From the NCBI GenBank assembly GCA_000503915.1, contig CP006915.1:300001-332000 (forward strand): a stretch of DNA of 32,000 nucleotides, given 5' to 3'. Under the pieces are notes generated by a model, which was given only the letters and a program-made list of their open reading frames with translations, had not been told where the DNA came from and did not search any database. Source of the DNA: Candidatus Saccharimonadota bacterium (lineage in GTDB: Bacteria; Patescibacteriota; Saccharimonadia; Saccharimonadales; Saccharimonadaceae). Made by a program: the position numbers and the translations under genes. Shown here piece by piece: positions 17,037 through 26,295 of this stretch; position 1 is the stretch's first letter; each line of letters starts with the position of its first letter.

Positions 17037-17218
17037 GACGTCCCCCCTTTCATCTAGGATGGTTGAGTTTTTAGCGCACGAGGGAGTGATCCGGCTCGTG
17101 GACATGCGTGAGTTTCGTAGCCAGAGGCTTCGTCTCACACAAGCCAGACAACTATAACATAATTGGTACAAAAAAGCAATACTTACTACTCAGTAGAGTT
17201 TTTGTACAAAGGAGTGGA

Positions 17219-17245
17219 TTGGCACTCACCCTTGACGAGTGCCAA
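17219..17245. promoter_or_regulatory. CIRCE operator (HrcA binding site) overlapping the groES promoter
   Basis: TTGGCACTC-N9-GAGTGCCAA is a perfect inverted repeat and matches the CIRCE consensus TTAGCACTC-N9-GAGTGCTAA at 16/18 positions. A candidate -35 TTGACG (17232-17237) and -10 TACAAT (17256-17261) overlap it. Confidence 0.85.
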
Positions 17246-17300
17246 CTGGTTTGTTTACAATAAGAACTACAAAGCTAATACAACGGAGGAAGTGACGAGT

Positions 17301-17564
17301 ATGAGTTCACCTATTAAGCCGCTGGGCGACCGTGTTGTTGCGGTGCGCGAAGAAGCCCAGACCAAGACCGCCAGCGGACTATACTTGCCCGACAATGCCA
17401 AGGAAAAGCCAGTCGTGGCTAAGGTTGAAGCCGTCGGTAAAGATGTTAAAAGTGTCAAACCTGGCGACCGGATTTTGTATAAAGAGTACTCAACAACTGA
17501 TATCAAATTGAACGACACCGAATATCTAATCGTGAAAGAAGAAGATATTTTAGCAACTGTTTAG
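17301..17564 (+). CDS. groES: Co-chaperonin GroES
   Basis: MSSPIKPLGDRVVAVREE...ASGLYLPD...GDRILYKEY. GGAGGA lies 10 nt upstream of the ATG at 17301. Confidence 0.95.
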   Translation: MSSPIKPLGDRVVAVREEAQTKTASGLYLPDNAKEKPVVAKVEAVGKDVKSVKPGDRILYKEYSTTDIKLNDTEYLIVKEEDILATV

Positions 17565-17738
17565 TGGTGTAATTTAACAAACCAGTTTGCTGGTAATACA
17601 TTTTCTCCAAGGTAGCGTTTCACGCCCGGCCGTCCTCGAATACTAGTCAGGAACGACCAGGGTTGCACTACGCTTTTACTACCTTGAATAAAAGTATTAC
17701 CGTAAACTGGCTACGCAAAGCGAAGGAGGAAAGATTGT

Positions 17739-19409
17739 ATGGCGAAGAAAGTTTTTTATGATGAAGAGGCCCGCGAGCGCGTACTCGGCGGGGCAAAAGC
17801 ACTCTATGATGCCGTTAAGGTAACCTACGGGCCGAAAGGTCGCAACGTGGTGATTGCGAAAGGCTACGGCGGCCCAACGGTCACTCACGACGGCGTGACT
17901 GTTGCTGAAGGTATGGAACTACCAGAGAATGATGATGAGACGCTCGGCTACAAAGTCGGTGCCGATCTCATCAAGCAGGCAGCCAAGAATCTCAACAAAA
18001 GCGCCGGTGATGGTACGACTACCGTTACCGTGCTGACTTACAATATCTTGAAAGAAGCGAACCGTTTGATCGCGGCTGGCCACAACCCGATGGAGCTACG
18101 CAAGGGTATTGAAGCTGCCGGGGCAGAAGTAGTCAAAGCACTCGATGGTATGAGTGAAAGTATCGAAGGTAACACCGAACGTGTGGCCGAAGTTGCGACC
18201 ATTTCGGCTGGTGATGCCCAGATCGGTACATTGATTGCTGATGTGATCGAAAAGATCGGCAAAGATGGTGTGGTCACCGTTGAAGCCGGCCAGGGTCTCG
18301 AGATGGAAGCCGAAGTCGTCGAAGGTTTTAGTCTCGACAAGGGGTGGGCGAGCCCATTCTTTGTGACCGACACCAATCGCCAAGAAGCAGTCTTTGAAAA
18401 GCCGTCGATTGTCATTACCGATAAGAAGATCTCAAGTGCCAGTGAACTGCTGCCCCTGATCGAGAAGCTTGCTCAAGCTGGTAAAAAAGATATCGTGTTG
18501 GTAGCCGATGATGTTGACGGCGAAGCGCTCAGTATCTTAGTACTCAACAAGCTTAAAGGCGTCCTCAACACTGTCGTTGTCAAAGCACCGAGCTTTGGTG
18601 ATCGCCGCAAGGAAATCATGGCCGATATGGCCGTCCTGACTGGTGCACAGGTAATCTCTGAAGACCAAGGTATGACGTTTGAAAACGTCGGCCTTGAAGT
18701 CGTCGGTTTGGCTCGTAAAGTTATTGTCGGTAAAGACGAGACCACCATCATTGAAGGGGTCGGCCACGCTGATGAAATCGCGGCTCGCATCAAACAGATT
18801 AGCGCGCAAGCCGAAAACGCTTCGAGCGAATACGACAAAGAGCAATACGAAAAACGTGCGGCGGCACTTTCTGGTAAAGTCGCCGTCATTAAAGTCGGTG
18901 GCGCCACAGAGACGGAGATTGATGAAAAGAAATTCCGTGTCGATGATGCCGTGGCGGCTACAAAAGCAGCGCTGGCTGAAGGTATCGTGCCGGGCGGTGG
19001 TGTCACCTTAGTGAACCTTGCTAAGAAATTGGAAGTAGTCAACCAGTCGAATAAGGGTATTCCAAGTGGTAATCTAACCTACTTTGCTGGTCACCAGGTT
19101 GTCAGAGAAGCTCTCAAACAACCCTTCTTGCAGATTACCGCAAACGCTGGGCTTAACAGCGAAGCATTGCTGGCTCAAGTCGAAGATGCAAAACCCGGCA
19201 TGGGAGTTGATGTCATGAATCCCGGCAAGACACTTATTGATGTCAAAAAAGCCGGTGTCATCGACCCGACTCGCGTCACCAAAGAAGCTGTCCAAAACGC
19301 GGTCTCGATCGCTTCGACTGCAGCCACTATGGGCGCATTGGTAGTAGACATCCCGGAAAAAGAAGCCTCAATGCCTCCAATGGGCGGCGGTATGCCTGGG
19401 ATGATGTAG
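17739..19409 (+). CDS. groEL: Chaperonin GroEL
   Basis: 556 aa. AGDGTTTVTVL and a GGGMPGMM C-terminal tail. GAAGGAGGAAAG Shine-Dalgarno. Confidence 0.97.
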   Translation: MAKKVFYDEEARERVLGGAKALYDAVKVTYGPKGRNVVIAKGYGGPTVTHDGVTVAEGMELPENDDETLGYKVGADLIKQAAKNLNKSAGDGTTTVTVLTYNILKEANRLIAAGHNPMELRKGIEAAGAEVVKALDGMSESIEGNTERVAEVATISAGDAQIGTLIADVIEKIGKDGVVTVEAGQGLEMEAEVVEGFSLDKGWASPFFVTDTNRQEAVFEKPSIVITDKKISSASELLPLIEKLAQAGKKDIVLVADDVDGEALSILVLNKLKGVLNTVVVKAPSFGDRRKEIMADMAVLTGAQVISEDQGMTFENVGLEVVGLARKVIVGKDETTIIEGVGHADEIAARIKQISAQAENASSEYDKEQYEKRAAALSGKVAVIKVGGATETEIDEKKFRVDDAVAATKAALAEGIVPGGGVTLVNLAKKLEVVNQSNKGIPSGNLTYFAGHQVVREALKQPFLQITANAGLNSEALLAQVEDAKPGMGVDVMNPGKTLIDVKKAGVIDPTRVTKEAVQNAVSIASTAATMGALVVDIPEKEASMPPMGGGMPGMM

Positions 19410-19412
19410 CTT

Positions 19413-19443
19413 AATGAGGGGAACCGAAATAGGTTCCCTCATT
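19413..19443 (+). other. Strong 13-bp hairpin just after the groEL stop (no U tract)
   Basis: aatgaggggaacc-gaaata-ggttcccctcatt. Confidence 0.6.
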
Positions 19444-19497
19444 GCTCCGGGCGTCGAAGTGAATTCGGCTGCTCGGGCTGCTCCTTCCTGTAGATTT

Positions 19498-19536
19498 AAA
19501 AATATCCTGGAAATAAATTCCAGGATATTTATTTTT
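19498..19536. terminator. Terminator between groEL and the helicase cassette
   Basis: 11-bp hairpin aatatcctgga-aataaat-tccaggatatt, then tattttt. An A-run precedes it, so it is possibly bidirectional. Confidence 0.7.
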
Positions 19537-19547
19537 CGAATGATCTT

Positions 19548-19605
19548 ATTGTCCGTTTTGGCTCAAGAAGTCGATTTCCTTGATGATGTCGAGCAGCGCT
19601 TAGGC
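19548..19605 (-). pseudogene. Displaced pseudo-copy of the last 19 codons of gene 22145-22747 (direct repeat A)
   Basis: Gap-free 58-nt alignment with 22147-22204 at 50/58 identity. On the minus strand it reads A*ALLDIIKEIDFLSQNGQ*, versus AQALLDIIKEIDFLTQSGQ* in the intact gene. Confidence 0.85.
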
Positions 19606-19615
19606 TAATAAAACG

Positions 19616-22093
19616 CTAACTGTCTAGTGTGTTACGTAGCTCGTGGTGGTCTTCAAGTAACTGATAAAGCTCTTCCAGTTTATCCCTGAGCGATTCAAGA
19701 TACGCGAGACGTGATGCGTAGACATCAAGGGTCGCGAGTCGTTGTCCAAGCGAAGACTCATGGTCGGCTACGGGGGTCTGATTTAATCGATCGATTTCAC
19801 CCTCAACTATCCGAATTGCGTCGTCAATCTGCTCCTCTCTTTCCCAGAATGCTCGGTAGGTAGGTTCTTTTATACCAAGTCGGCTTCGGGTATCAGCCAC
19901 TGCGCGCCAATAGAACGGGGTTTTCTCACCGTCGTCAGACATCCAAGGATATGCAGTCTTTTCATATTCCGATTTAACGCGCTTAACAAGTGGAATATCG
20001 GGTAAGGGAGCAGCAAGGCTGAAACTAGTAAACTGCTGTATAAATGGATTGCCGGAGTTCCTCCTATTTGTTTCGTGAATGGTGGGCTCCTCCTTGTCTC
20101 CTATATGGTGATCTTCATAGTAGTCTCGTAAACTTTCAGAACGTGAAGGGTGCCGTAGTTTGGCCAAGGCTTTTGACTCAATCTGGCGTACCCGCTCTTT
20201 TGTGATTCCATAGACTTTACCTATTTCATCTAACTCCATCGGCTCCTCTTTATCGACGCCTTCAACCCGGCCAATCCCTCCGATTTGTCCTTTTTGGTCG
20301 CGACTGTGAAGGCCAAAACGGCGCATTACAACACCTGCCTCTCGCTCACTTAGGGTATCAAGCGTGTCATGGAGTTGCTGCCTTGAGTGAAAGCCTACGG
20401 CCATCTGATGCGGGTTGCTTATTTCATCATTGTTTGCAACATCTTCTAGATCGAGCTGCACAAGCTGGTCGAGCTCTGCTCTTAGGGCGAATGATCCGAG
20501 AATATTTCGCTCGGGGCCAGAGACCTTGCCCATGGTTTCGATGAGCTCGTCCACCGAAGGGGCAACGCCATGGTCGTGATAAAACTTGGCGTACGCTTTA
20601 CTTACCCGCTTCTCAAGCTTTGGCGGCAAGGCATCGTTGTGGGAGAGCTCGGCTGGCAGCCCTTCCTTTTCTAGGGTAGCTTCCCATTCAGCAATAAGTG
20701 GATCGGTAATTTTTCCCACTGTAACGTTTCGCAGGAGCTTGCCTTGGCTTTCTATCAATCTTTTATGAATTTTGGGGCTGATCACATGAAGCAATTTCAG
20801 GCTGTGACTATGAGCCGGAGTGTGTTCAGCGGGGCGACCGAGCACACGGGTAAGATCGATCGTGTCAAGTCCTAAGGCGTGCATAGCTGTGTATTGTGAC
20901 TTGCTTCGACTACCAGATTTTTTATCAACAAAGTCGACAAAAATACTTTCGAGATCGTCAGGCTTCTTGCGCAGAATACGTCCAAGTAGTTGAGTGGTGC
21001 GCACAGGTGAACTGGTCGGCGCTAAGTTAATCGCAAAGCTCGCTCGATCACTATCCCAACCTTCTTCCAACGCGCGCGTGAAAGTGAGTACGTCGAAATC
21101 ACCGCGATGGTACGCGGCGAGACGACGCGCTTGTGTTTCAGCGTCGAGATGTGCACCAACGTCGGCTGCTCTTATGCCGGATGTCTTAAGTAAGTCGGCA
21201 AGCAGGCGCGCATGGAGGTTGTCTCTACCAGGTATGCAGGCGATGATGCCTTGTCTACCTTCCTCTACAAATGCTTTGGTGAGGGCGACTGCTGTGCCAT
21301 TACGCTGGAGGTTATGTGTAAGCGGGGCAAGTTCTTTATCAGTAAATTCCCGCCGAGGATCGTTTAGAACGAGGGTTTCATCTGTTTCATACAGAAAAGC
21401 GCGTACAGGTGAAGTGCGGCCGGATTCGACAGCGTCACGAAGAGAAAACTCGTACAGTCGACGATCGTATACCTCTTCTGACATTCGGTCTACTGCGTAG
21501 TCAGGGGTAGCAGAAAGTCCTAACTTAAAGGCGTGCGGCATGACAGTGCGCAATACTTCCGAAGTCTCTTTACCGAGACTTCGGTGGCATTCATCGGCAA
21601 TGATCACGTCAAACTCACCCAGTTTACGGTGTTCACTTTTAGCATCATTCAGGAGTCCGGCATAGGTACTGACTACCACGTCGGCGTTTTTATTTCCTTT
21701 TTTTCCATTAAAATGTTGCTCGACACGTGCATTTTCGGGTAAATGAGCAAAGCGCTTCAGACCAGTGGGAGAAGATGACTCTGAGCCATCGATTTGTTTG
21801 GCGATAGGTAGAGTGGGGGCAAGAAGTAGTACGCGTTTTCCAGCTTTGACAGCTGCTTCAGTGAGTAACGCTTCTACAGTGGTTTTCCCGGTACTGGTAG
21901 CCATCTCTATGTATCCAGAGGAAACGCCTTCTATTAAAGCAAGACCAATAGCCTCAAGCGCTTCAGTTTGCTGGAGGTCAAGAGAAAAGTCGCGTTCAGA
22001 TAAGTTATTGAGCACCCCTTGGAGCGAGCCGGCCAGCTCACAATCTGGCTTGGAGGAGGTTTCTGCAGAGGGTACAAGGTGCTCTTTTGGCAT
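19616..22093 (-). CDS. SF2 (DEAH-type) helicase fused to sigma-70 region 3-4-like domain plus extra C-terminal coiled-coil region
   Basis: Helicase motifs [31 protein letters not shown] (aa ~40-375). Residues ~505-658 are colinear with RpoD regions 3-4: [14 protein letters not shown] ... [15 protein letters not shown] ... [40 protein letters not shown]. About 170 further aa end in heptad-like repeats. Confidence 0.85.
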   Translation of the reverse strand: MPKEHLVPSAETSSKPDCELAGSLQGVLNNLSERDFSLDLQQTEALEAIGLALIEGVSSGYIEMATSTGKTTVEALLTEAAVKAGKRVLLLAPTLPIAKQIDGSESSSPTGLKRFAHLPENARVEQHFNGKKGNKNADVVVSTYAGLLNDAKSEHRKLGEFDVIIADECHRSLGKETSEVLRTVMPHAFKLGLSATPDYAVDRMSEEVYDRRLYEFSLRDAVESGRTSPVRAFLYETDETLVLNDPRREFTDKELAPLTHNLQRNGTAVALTKAFVEEGRQGIIACIPGRDNLHARLLADLLKTSGIRAADVGAHLDAETQARRLAAYHRGDFDVLTFTRALEEGWDSDRASFAINLAPTSSPVRTTQLLGRILRKKPDDLESIFVDFVDKKSGSRSKSQYTAMHALGLDTIDLTRVLGRPAEHTPAHSHSLKLLHVISPKIHKRLIESQGKLLRNVTVGKITDPLIAEWEATLEKEGLPAELSHNDALPPKLEKRVSKAYAKFYHDHGVAPSVDELIETMGKVSGPERNILGSFALRAELDQLVQLDLEDVANNDEISNPHQMAVGFHSRQQLHDTLDTLSEREAGVVMRRFGLHSRDQKGQIGGIGRVEGVDKEEPMELDEIGKVYGITKERVRQIESKALAKLRHPSRSESLRDYYEDHHIGDKEEPTIHETNRRNSGNPFIQQFTSFSLAAPLPDIPLVKRVKSEYEKTAYPWMSDDGEKTPFYWRAVADTRSRLGIKEPTYRAFWEREEQIDDAIRIVEGEIDRLNQTPVADHESSLGQRLATLDVYASRLAYLESLRDKLEELYQLLEDHHELRNTLDS

Positions 22094-22099
22094 GAGGAT

Positions 22100-22128
22100 A
22101 TGCTAGCATAAAAGCACTAAAAAGTCAA
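22100..22128 (-). promoter_or_regulatory. Promoter of the helicase-sigma gene (leaderless-type)
   Basis: On the minus strand: TTGACT, 17 nt, TGcTAGCAT, 6 nt (atcctc), then the ATG at 22093. Confidence 0.65.
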
Positions 22129-22144
22129 GAGGTAGATGATGAAC

Positions 22145-22747
22145 CTACTGTCCGCTTTGGGTTAAGAAGTCGATCTCCTTGATGATATCGAGCAGCGCCT
22201 GGGCACGGCGGGTTTCATCAGGGATATTCTTGGCAGCGTCGTGAGCGGGTGCGATCAGGGCTTTGTCGTCAGTGGAACGAAGCAGGAGCAGGTACGTGTC
22301 GAACTTTTCCTCAGGTGCGACGTTCAGCTTATCGACCAGTGGTCGCAGCTCGCCGAGTGCTTCCTGTTTTATGCCATCGAGTTCGCTTCCGCCGCTTACT
22401 GGCATACTCGATAGTGACGGAGTAGGTATAGACAGAGGCGTATCAGCGGCCGGCGGCAGGGTCGATGTCTCGACATCTGTTGATTTTGGTGGAACAGTTG
22501 AAATAGACGGCGATTCTACGTCTGAAGCCAGAGAGGTGTCGTCTGCCGGTGCGGTAGTGTCGTCCTCAGGAGAAGGAGTAGCCGCGCTGTCATCTTGCGG
22601 CAGTGGCGGTGTGGCAGGCAGCGAAACATCGGTGGCACCACCATTAGTTGTCGTTTCATCCGCCTGTTGGCTGACGCCAGCTAAAACTTTCGCCAGCTCT
22701 TGATCATCGCTGAGCGGTTGGTTGTTGATTGGTTCTATATTCGCCAT
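22145..22747 (-). CDS. Acidic Pro/Ser/Thr/Ala-rich low-complexity protein with conserved helical C-terminal domain
   Basis: Start at MANIEPINNQ (ATG 22747). A long low-complexity middle is followed by the structured C-terminus ELDGIKQEALGELRPLVDKL...AQALLDIIKEIDFLTQSGQ. No family recognised. Confidence 0.6.
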   Translation of the reverse strand: MANIEPINNQPLSDDQELAKVLAGVSQQADETTTNGGATDVSLPATPPLPQDDSAATPSPEDDTTAPADDTSLASDVESPSISTVPPKSTDVETSTLPPAADTPLSIPTPSLSSMPVSGGSELDGIKQEALGELRPLVDKLNVAPEEKFDTYLLLLRSTDDKALIAPAHDAAKNIPDETRRAQALLDIIKEIDFLTQSGQ

Positions 22748-22838
22748 GCCCACCCCTATAGTTGTTATGCTTTTCAGTTGATAATACTGTATCATGAAAT
22801 ATAGAATCATCGCAAGACAGTAAGGAGGAAGACAGACA

Positions 22839-23864
22839 ATGCTTGACGATATGAACGTAATTGCCCAGCGCGACCCACAGGATGCCCTCGGTGTGGCCGG
22901 TGGCCAATGGGAATACTTTTCGCGAAAATTTGATGCTACCTTTACCCCAAGTCAGCCGGTCGAAAATATCGTTTGGGCGGGTATGGGCGGCTCGGCACTG
23001 CCGGCGGTAATCATCCAGAGCTGGCCGCGCGTCAGCGTACCATTTGAAATTACCCGTGACTACAACATTCCAGCCCATGTCGGGGCAAAGACTCTTTTTA
23101 TTGCCTCAAGCTATTCCGGTAACACTGAAGAAACACTGTCGGCGCTTGCGCTTGCCGAAGAAAAGCAGGCACAGATCGTCGTGATCGCCGCTGGCGGCAA
23201 GTTGGCCGAGATTGCCAAAGAGAAGAACTATCCGTTATTTGCTATTCCCGCCGGTATCCAGCCACGTATGGCAACGTTTTATTTTGTGAATGCATTTACA
23301 GCGATTGTAAAAGATCTGAATGTCACTGAGGTACCAACCAACGAGTTAACAAATGTCGGTGAGTGGCTGAAAGAAGAGGTAAAAGGGTGGACAAAAGAAG
23401 TTTTACTTGCGGGCAACCAAGCCAAGCAACTCGCCGTCCAACTGGCGGGTAAGACGCCGATCATGTATGCCGGGCCGAAGCTGTTTCCGGCCGCCAACAA
23501 ATGGAAGATTTGTTTCAACGAAAACGCCAAAAACACCTCATGGGCGAACTACTACCCAGAATTCAACCACAATGAATTTATCGGTTGGAGCTCACATCCG
23601 GTCGAAAAACCATTTGCTGTGGTCGAAATCCGCTCAAATCTGGAGCACGAGCGAACTCAAAAGCGCTTTGAAGTAACCGAACGCCTGCTTTCCGGTATGC
23701 GTCCAAGCCCGATTGTCGTGACGCCAAAAGGTGACACCGTCTTGCAGCAACTGGCGTGGAGCTTCGCGCTCGGTGACTTCGTGAGTATTTACCTTGGTAT
23801 CTTAAATGGCGTTAATCCAACGCCGGTGGAGTTAGTGGAAAAACTAAAGGTCGAACTTGGCTAG
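22839..23864 (+). CDS. Bifunctional phosphoglucose/phosphomannose isomerase-type SIS-domain protein
   Basis: SIS motif ASSYSGNTEETL. The length (341 aa) and C-terminal layout are typical of PGI/PMI-family isomerases. AAGGAGGAAG Shine-Dalgarno. Confidence 0.75.
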   Translation: MLDDMNVIAQRDPQDALGVAGGQWEYFSRKFDATFTPSQPVENIVWAGMGGSALPAVIIQSWPRVSVPFEITRDYNIPAHVGAKTLFIASSYSGNTEETLSALALAEEKQAQIVVIAAGGKLAEIAKEKNYPLFAIPAGIQPRMATFYFVNAFTAIVKDLNVTEVPTNELTNVGEWLKEEVKGWTKEVLLAGNQAKQLAVQLAGKTPIMYAGPKLFPAANKWKICFNENAKNTSWANYYPEFNHNEFIGWSSHPVEKPFAVVEIRSNLEHERTQKRFEVTERLLSGMRPSPIVVTPKGDTVLQQLAWSFALGDFVSIYLGILNGVNPTPVELVEKLKVELG

Positions 23865-23954
23865 CTGTCAGGGAATAGAATAGTTGGTGTCACCAGACAT
23901 CTCTGGCCGCACCGCACAGTAAGAAAGACCAAGATTGTCTTACTAAGCAAGCGT

Positions 23955-25187
23955 TTAATGATAGCGTCGGAGCGATTCGATTGGGTCTTTGCGAGCGGCG
24001 CGGATGGCCGGATAGAGTCCAAAGACCAAGCCGACACCAATCGAAAGCAGGCTGGCGTAGCCGACGATATCCCAACCAAGTGCCGGGTCGTACGGAATAA
24101 ACATACTGACGACGAAAGCAACAAAGTAGCCACCGATAAAGCCGAGTAGGCCGCCCAGAGTACTGATGATGAGTGCCTCGATCAGGAATTGCCAGATGAT
24201 TGTGGCATTGCTGGCGCCAACAGCTTTTCGAAGGCCGATTTCGCGCGTCCGCTCTGAGACGCCGACCAGCATGATGTTCATAATACCGATACCGCCGACT
24301 AGCAGAGAAATACCCGCAATGACCGCCATGACCGCACTGATGAAGAGAAAGAGATGGCTGGTCGGCCTGGCGATTTCCTTGCCGGTATAAACTTTGGCTT
24401 CGGGTTGCTGGTCGTGATTTTCTTTTAGCTCTTTATCGATGCTAGTTGCGAAAGCTTTCATGTTGGTGCCGGCTTTGGCAGCGACATTGATCTGTTGGAT
24501 TTGCGCCATGCCGCCATTAAATAGCTTGCCGCTCTCCAGGCTAATGATAGCTGTATTGTCGAAGTCAACGTTATTGTAGTTGATCGGCTTGTTCTCACGC
24601 TTTAGGACGCCGATAACCGTAAAATCCTGGCCGCGTATCAGAAACTTTCGGCCGATCGACTGCTCGGTGCCAAAAAGATCTACCGAAAGTTGCGAGCCAA
24701 TCACGGCAGTATCTTGGGTGGTGACACTATCGATAAACTGGCCGTCCTCGATGGTAATGCCGCCGATTGTTTCAAAGGCCGGCGTGGTGGCAAGTAACGT
24801 CGCGTTTTTTGCCAGGCTGTCACGTGTACGGATACTGCCGCTGAGTGTCATCAGCGGTGCAACGTTCTGGGTGGAAGGTAGGCTGCCGATATTCTCGACG
24901 TCACGCTCGGTTAAGGGGCTGGTCGTGTAAGCATTTTGTGGTGTCGGGTTACTCAGGTCGGACAGGCTGAGTTCTGGCGTCGTGGGGCGTACGATGGCGA
25001 TATTGCCGCCGAGCTCCTCGATCTGCTGTGTGATGACGCGCGTAACGCCGCTGGACAAGGCGAGAATGGTGGTGATGCTGGCGACACCGATGGCAACGCC
25101 GCTGATGGTCAGCAGCGTGCGGAGCCGTGCTCGCTCAAGCGACTGACGAGCTGTGCGGTAGTGGTCACCCAGGAGTAAGTTGGTCAT
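23955..25187 (-). CDS. ABC transporter permease, MacB/FtsX family
   Basis: 410 aa. N-terminal TM, large periplasmic-type domain, and a C-terminal FtsX-like 3-TM bundle (GIGIMNIMLVGVSERTREIGLRKAVGA). ATGA overlap with the upstream ATPase gene. Confidence 0.85.
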   Translation of the reverse strand: MTNLLLGDHYRTARQSLERARLRTLLTISGVAIGVASITTILALSSGVTRVITQQIEELGGNIAIVRPTTPELSLSDLSNPTPQNAYTTSPLTERDVENIGSLPSTQNVAPLMTLSGSIRTRDSLAKNATLLATTPAFETIGGITIEDGQFIDSVTTQDTAVIGSQLSVDLFGTEQSIGRKFLIRGQDFTVIGVLKRENKPINYNNVDFDNTAIISLESGKLFNGGMAQIQQINVAAKAGTNMKAFATSIDKELKENHDQQPEAKVYTGKEIARPTSHLFLFISAVMAVIAGISLLVGGIGIMNIMLVGVSERTREIGLRKAVGASNATIIWQFLIEALIISTLGGLLGFIGGYFVAFVVSMFIPYDPALGWDIVGYASLLSIGVGLVFGLYPAIRAARKDPIESLRRYH

Positions 25188-25975
25188 CTCTTTGCCTTTC
25201 GCTTTGGTTTCTTTTTGGTTTTTACAGCGCGGCTGTCGAGCGGCACTTTAGTATGGACACGCTCCAGTATACGTTCATCTTGAGTGTCGGTATCGATGCG
25301 GCCATCGAGCATGGTGATGACGCGCGTGGCATAGGTTGTAAGGTTGGGGTTGTGTGTCACCATGATGATCGTGTTACCCTTTTTGTGAACTTCAGAGAGC
25401 TCTTCCATGATGACATGGCTGGAGCGTGAGTCGAGATTGCCGGTCGGCTCGTCGGCGAGAATGATGCTAGGGTTGCTCACGAGAGCGCGGGCAATAGCAA
25501 CACGCTGCGTCTGGCCGCCACTCAGCTGCCATGGCATATAATATTCTCGTTCCTGCAGATGGAAAGTACTGAGGGCTTTACTCGCTAGCTGCAAGCGCTT
25601 TGTGTGGTGGACGCCGCTATAGGTGAGGGGAAGCGCCACATTTTCGAGGACGTTTAGTCGCTCGATCAGGTTGAAGCTTTGAAAGATGAAACCAATTTGG
25701 CGAGCACGTATACGCGCCTGTTCGCCGCCACGGATGTCCTCGACATTTTTACCATCGAGTAGATATTCACCGTCGGTTGATCGATCGAGCATGCCGATGA
25801 TATTGAGTAGGGTCGTCTTGCCGCAGCCGCTCGGACCCATAATAGCGATAAATTCTCCCCTATTCACCGTGAGATCTACCCCATCGAGCGCGTAATTTTC
25901 GGCGTCGCCAATCCCAAACCGCTTTTTCAGGCCCTTGAGTTTGACGACTGGTGTACTCACAGTGGGTCGTTTCAT
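25184..25975 (-). CDS. ABC transporter ATP-binding protein (MacB/LolD type)
   Basis: Walker [10 protein letters not shown], signature LSGGQTQR, Walker B ILADEPT. Start MKRPTVS at 25975, with TATAAT (complement of 25983-25988) ending 7 nt upstream. The longer track ORF to 26302 runs through a tRNA gene. Confidence 0.9.
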   Translation of the reverse strand: MKRPTVSTPVVKLKGLKKRFGIGDAENYALDGVDLTVNRGEFIAIMGPSGCGKTTLLNIIGMLDRSTDGEYLLDGKNVEDIRGGEQARIRARQIGFIFQSFNLIERLNVLENVALPLTYSGVHHTKRLQLASKALSTFHLQEREYYMPWQLSGGQTQRVAIARALVSNPSIILADEPTGNLDSRSSHVIMEELSEVHKKGNTIIMVTHNPNLTTYATRVITMLDGRIDTDTQDERILERVHTKVPLDSRAVKTKKKPKRKAKR

Positions 25976-26039
25976 CTGTTCTATTATAGAAATCGCAGTG
26001 AGGTAAAAGCAACCAAAAGCAGGCCGTATTTTTGACAAC

Positions 26040-26048
26040 TGGTACAAT
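26040..26048 (+). promoter_or_regulatory. Extended -10 promoter (TGgTACAAT) upstream of the tRNA-Ser(GGA) locus
   Basis: Read directly. The predicted transcription start lies about 5 nt before the 5' tRNA fragment at 26060. Confidence 0.5.
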
Positions 26049-26059
26049 AGAGTACGCGG

Positions 26060-26072
26060 GGAGAGGTGGCCG
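26060..26072 (+). repeat. 5' fragment copy of tRNA-Ser(GGA)
   Basis: ggagaggtggccg is 13/13 identical to tRNA 26197-26209, then diverges. It can fold back on cctctc at 26085-26090. Confidence 0.7.
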
Positions 26073-26196
26073 TGAAGCGAAGTGCCTCTCGCAGACAATC
26101 TTGATTGTCGAGAAAGGTACGAGCGGATATAGTGAGGATGTGCCAGCGGCACACCGGAACGCTGTGGATACGAGGCCATCGATCCGAGCGAAGTAA

Positions 26197-26286
26197 GGAG
26201 AGGTGGCCGAGTGGTTGAAGGCGCACGCTTGGAAAGCGTGTATACGTGCAAACGTATCGCAGGTTCGAATCCTGTTCTCTCCGCCA
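26197..26286 (+). tRNA. tRNA-Ser(GGA), class II, CCA encoded
   Basis: Acceptor ggagagg/tctctcc, anticodon stem cacgc/gcgtg with loop uuGGAaa, long variable arm, T-arm cagg-ttcgaat-cctg, then gcca. Confidence 0.9.
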
Positions 26287-26295
26287 GGAGAGGCG

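Noticed and set aside
18473-19042. 189-aa minus-strand ORF, together with other ORFs antisense to groEL.
   Set aside because: They lie within groEL, whose identity is unambiguous, and have typical shadow-ORF composition.
19414-19608. 64-aa + strand ORF downstream of groEL.
   Set aside because: It spans two terminator hairpins and the antisense of direct repeat A. It is better explained as intergenic plus pseudo-gene-end sequence.
20994-21500. 168-aa + strand ORF, together with other + strand ORFs at 20586-20768, 21533-21742 and 21765-22106.
   Set aside because: All lie antisense within the helicase-sigma gene, have Arg/Ser/Ala-rich shadow-frame composition, and lack start signals.
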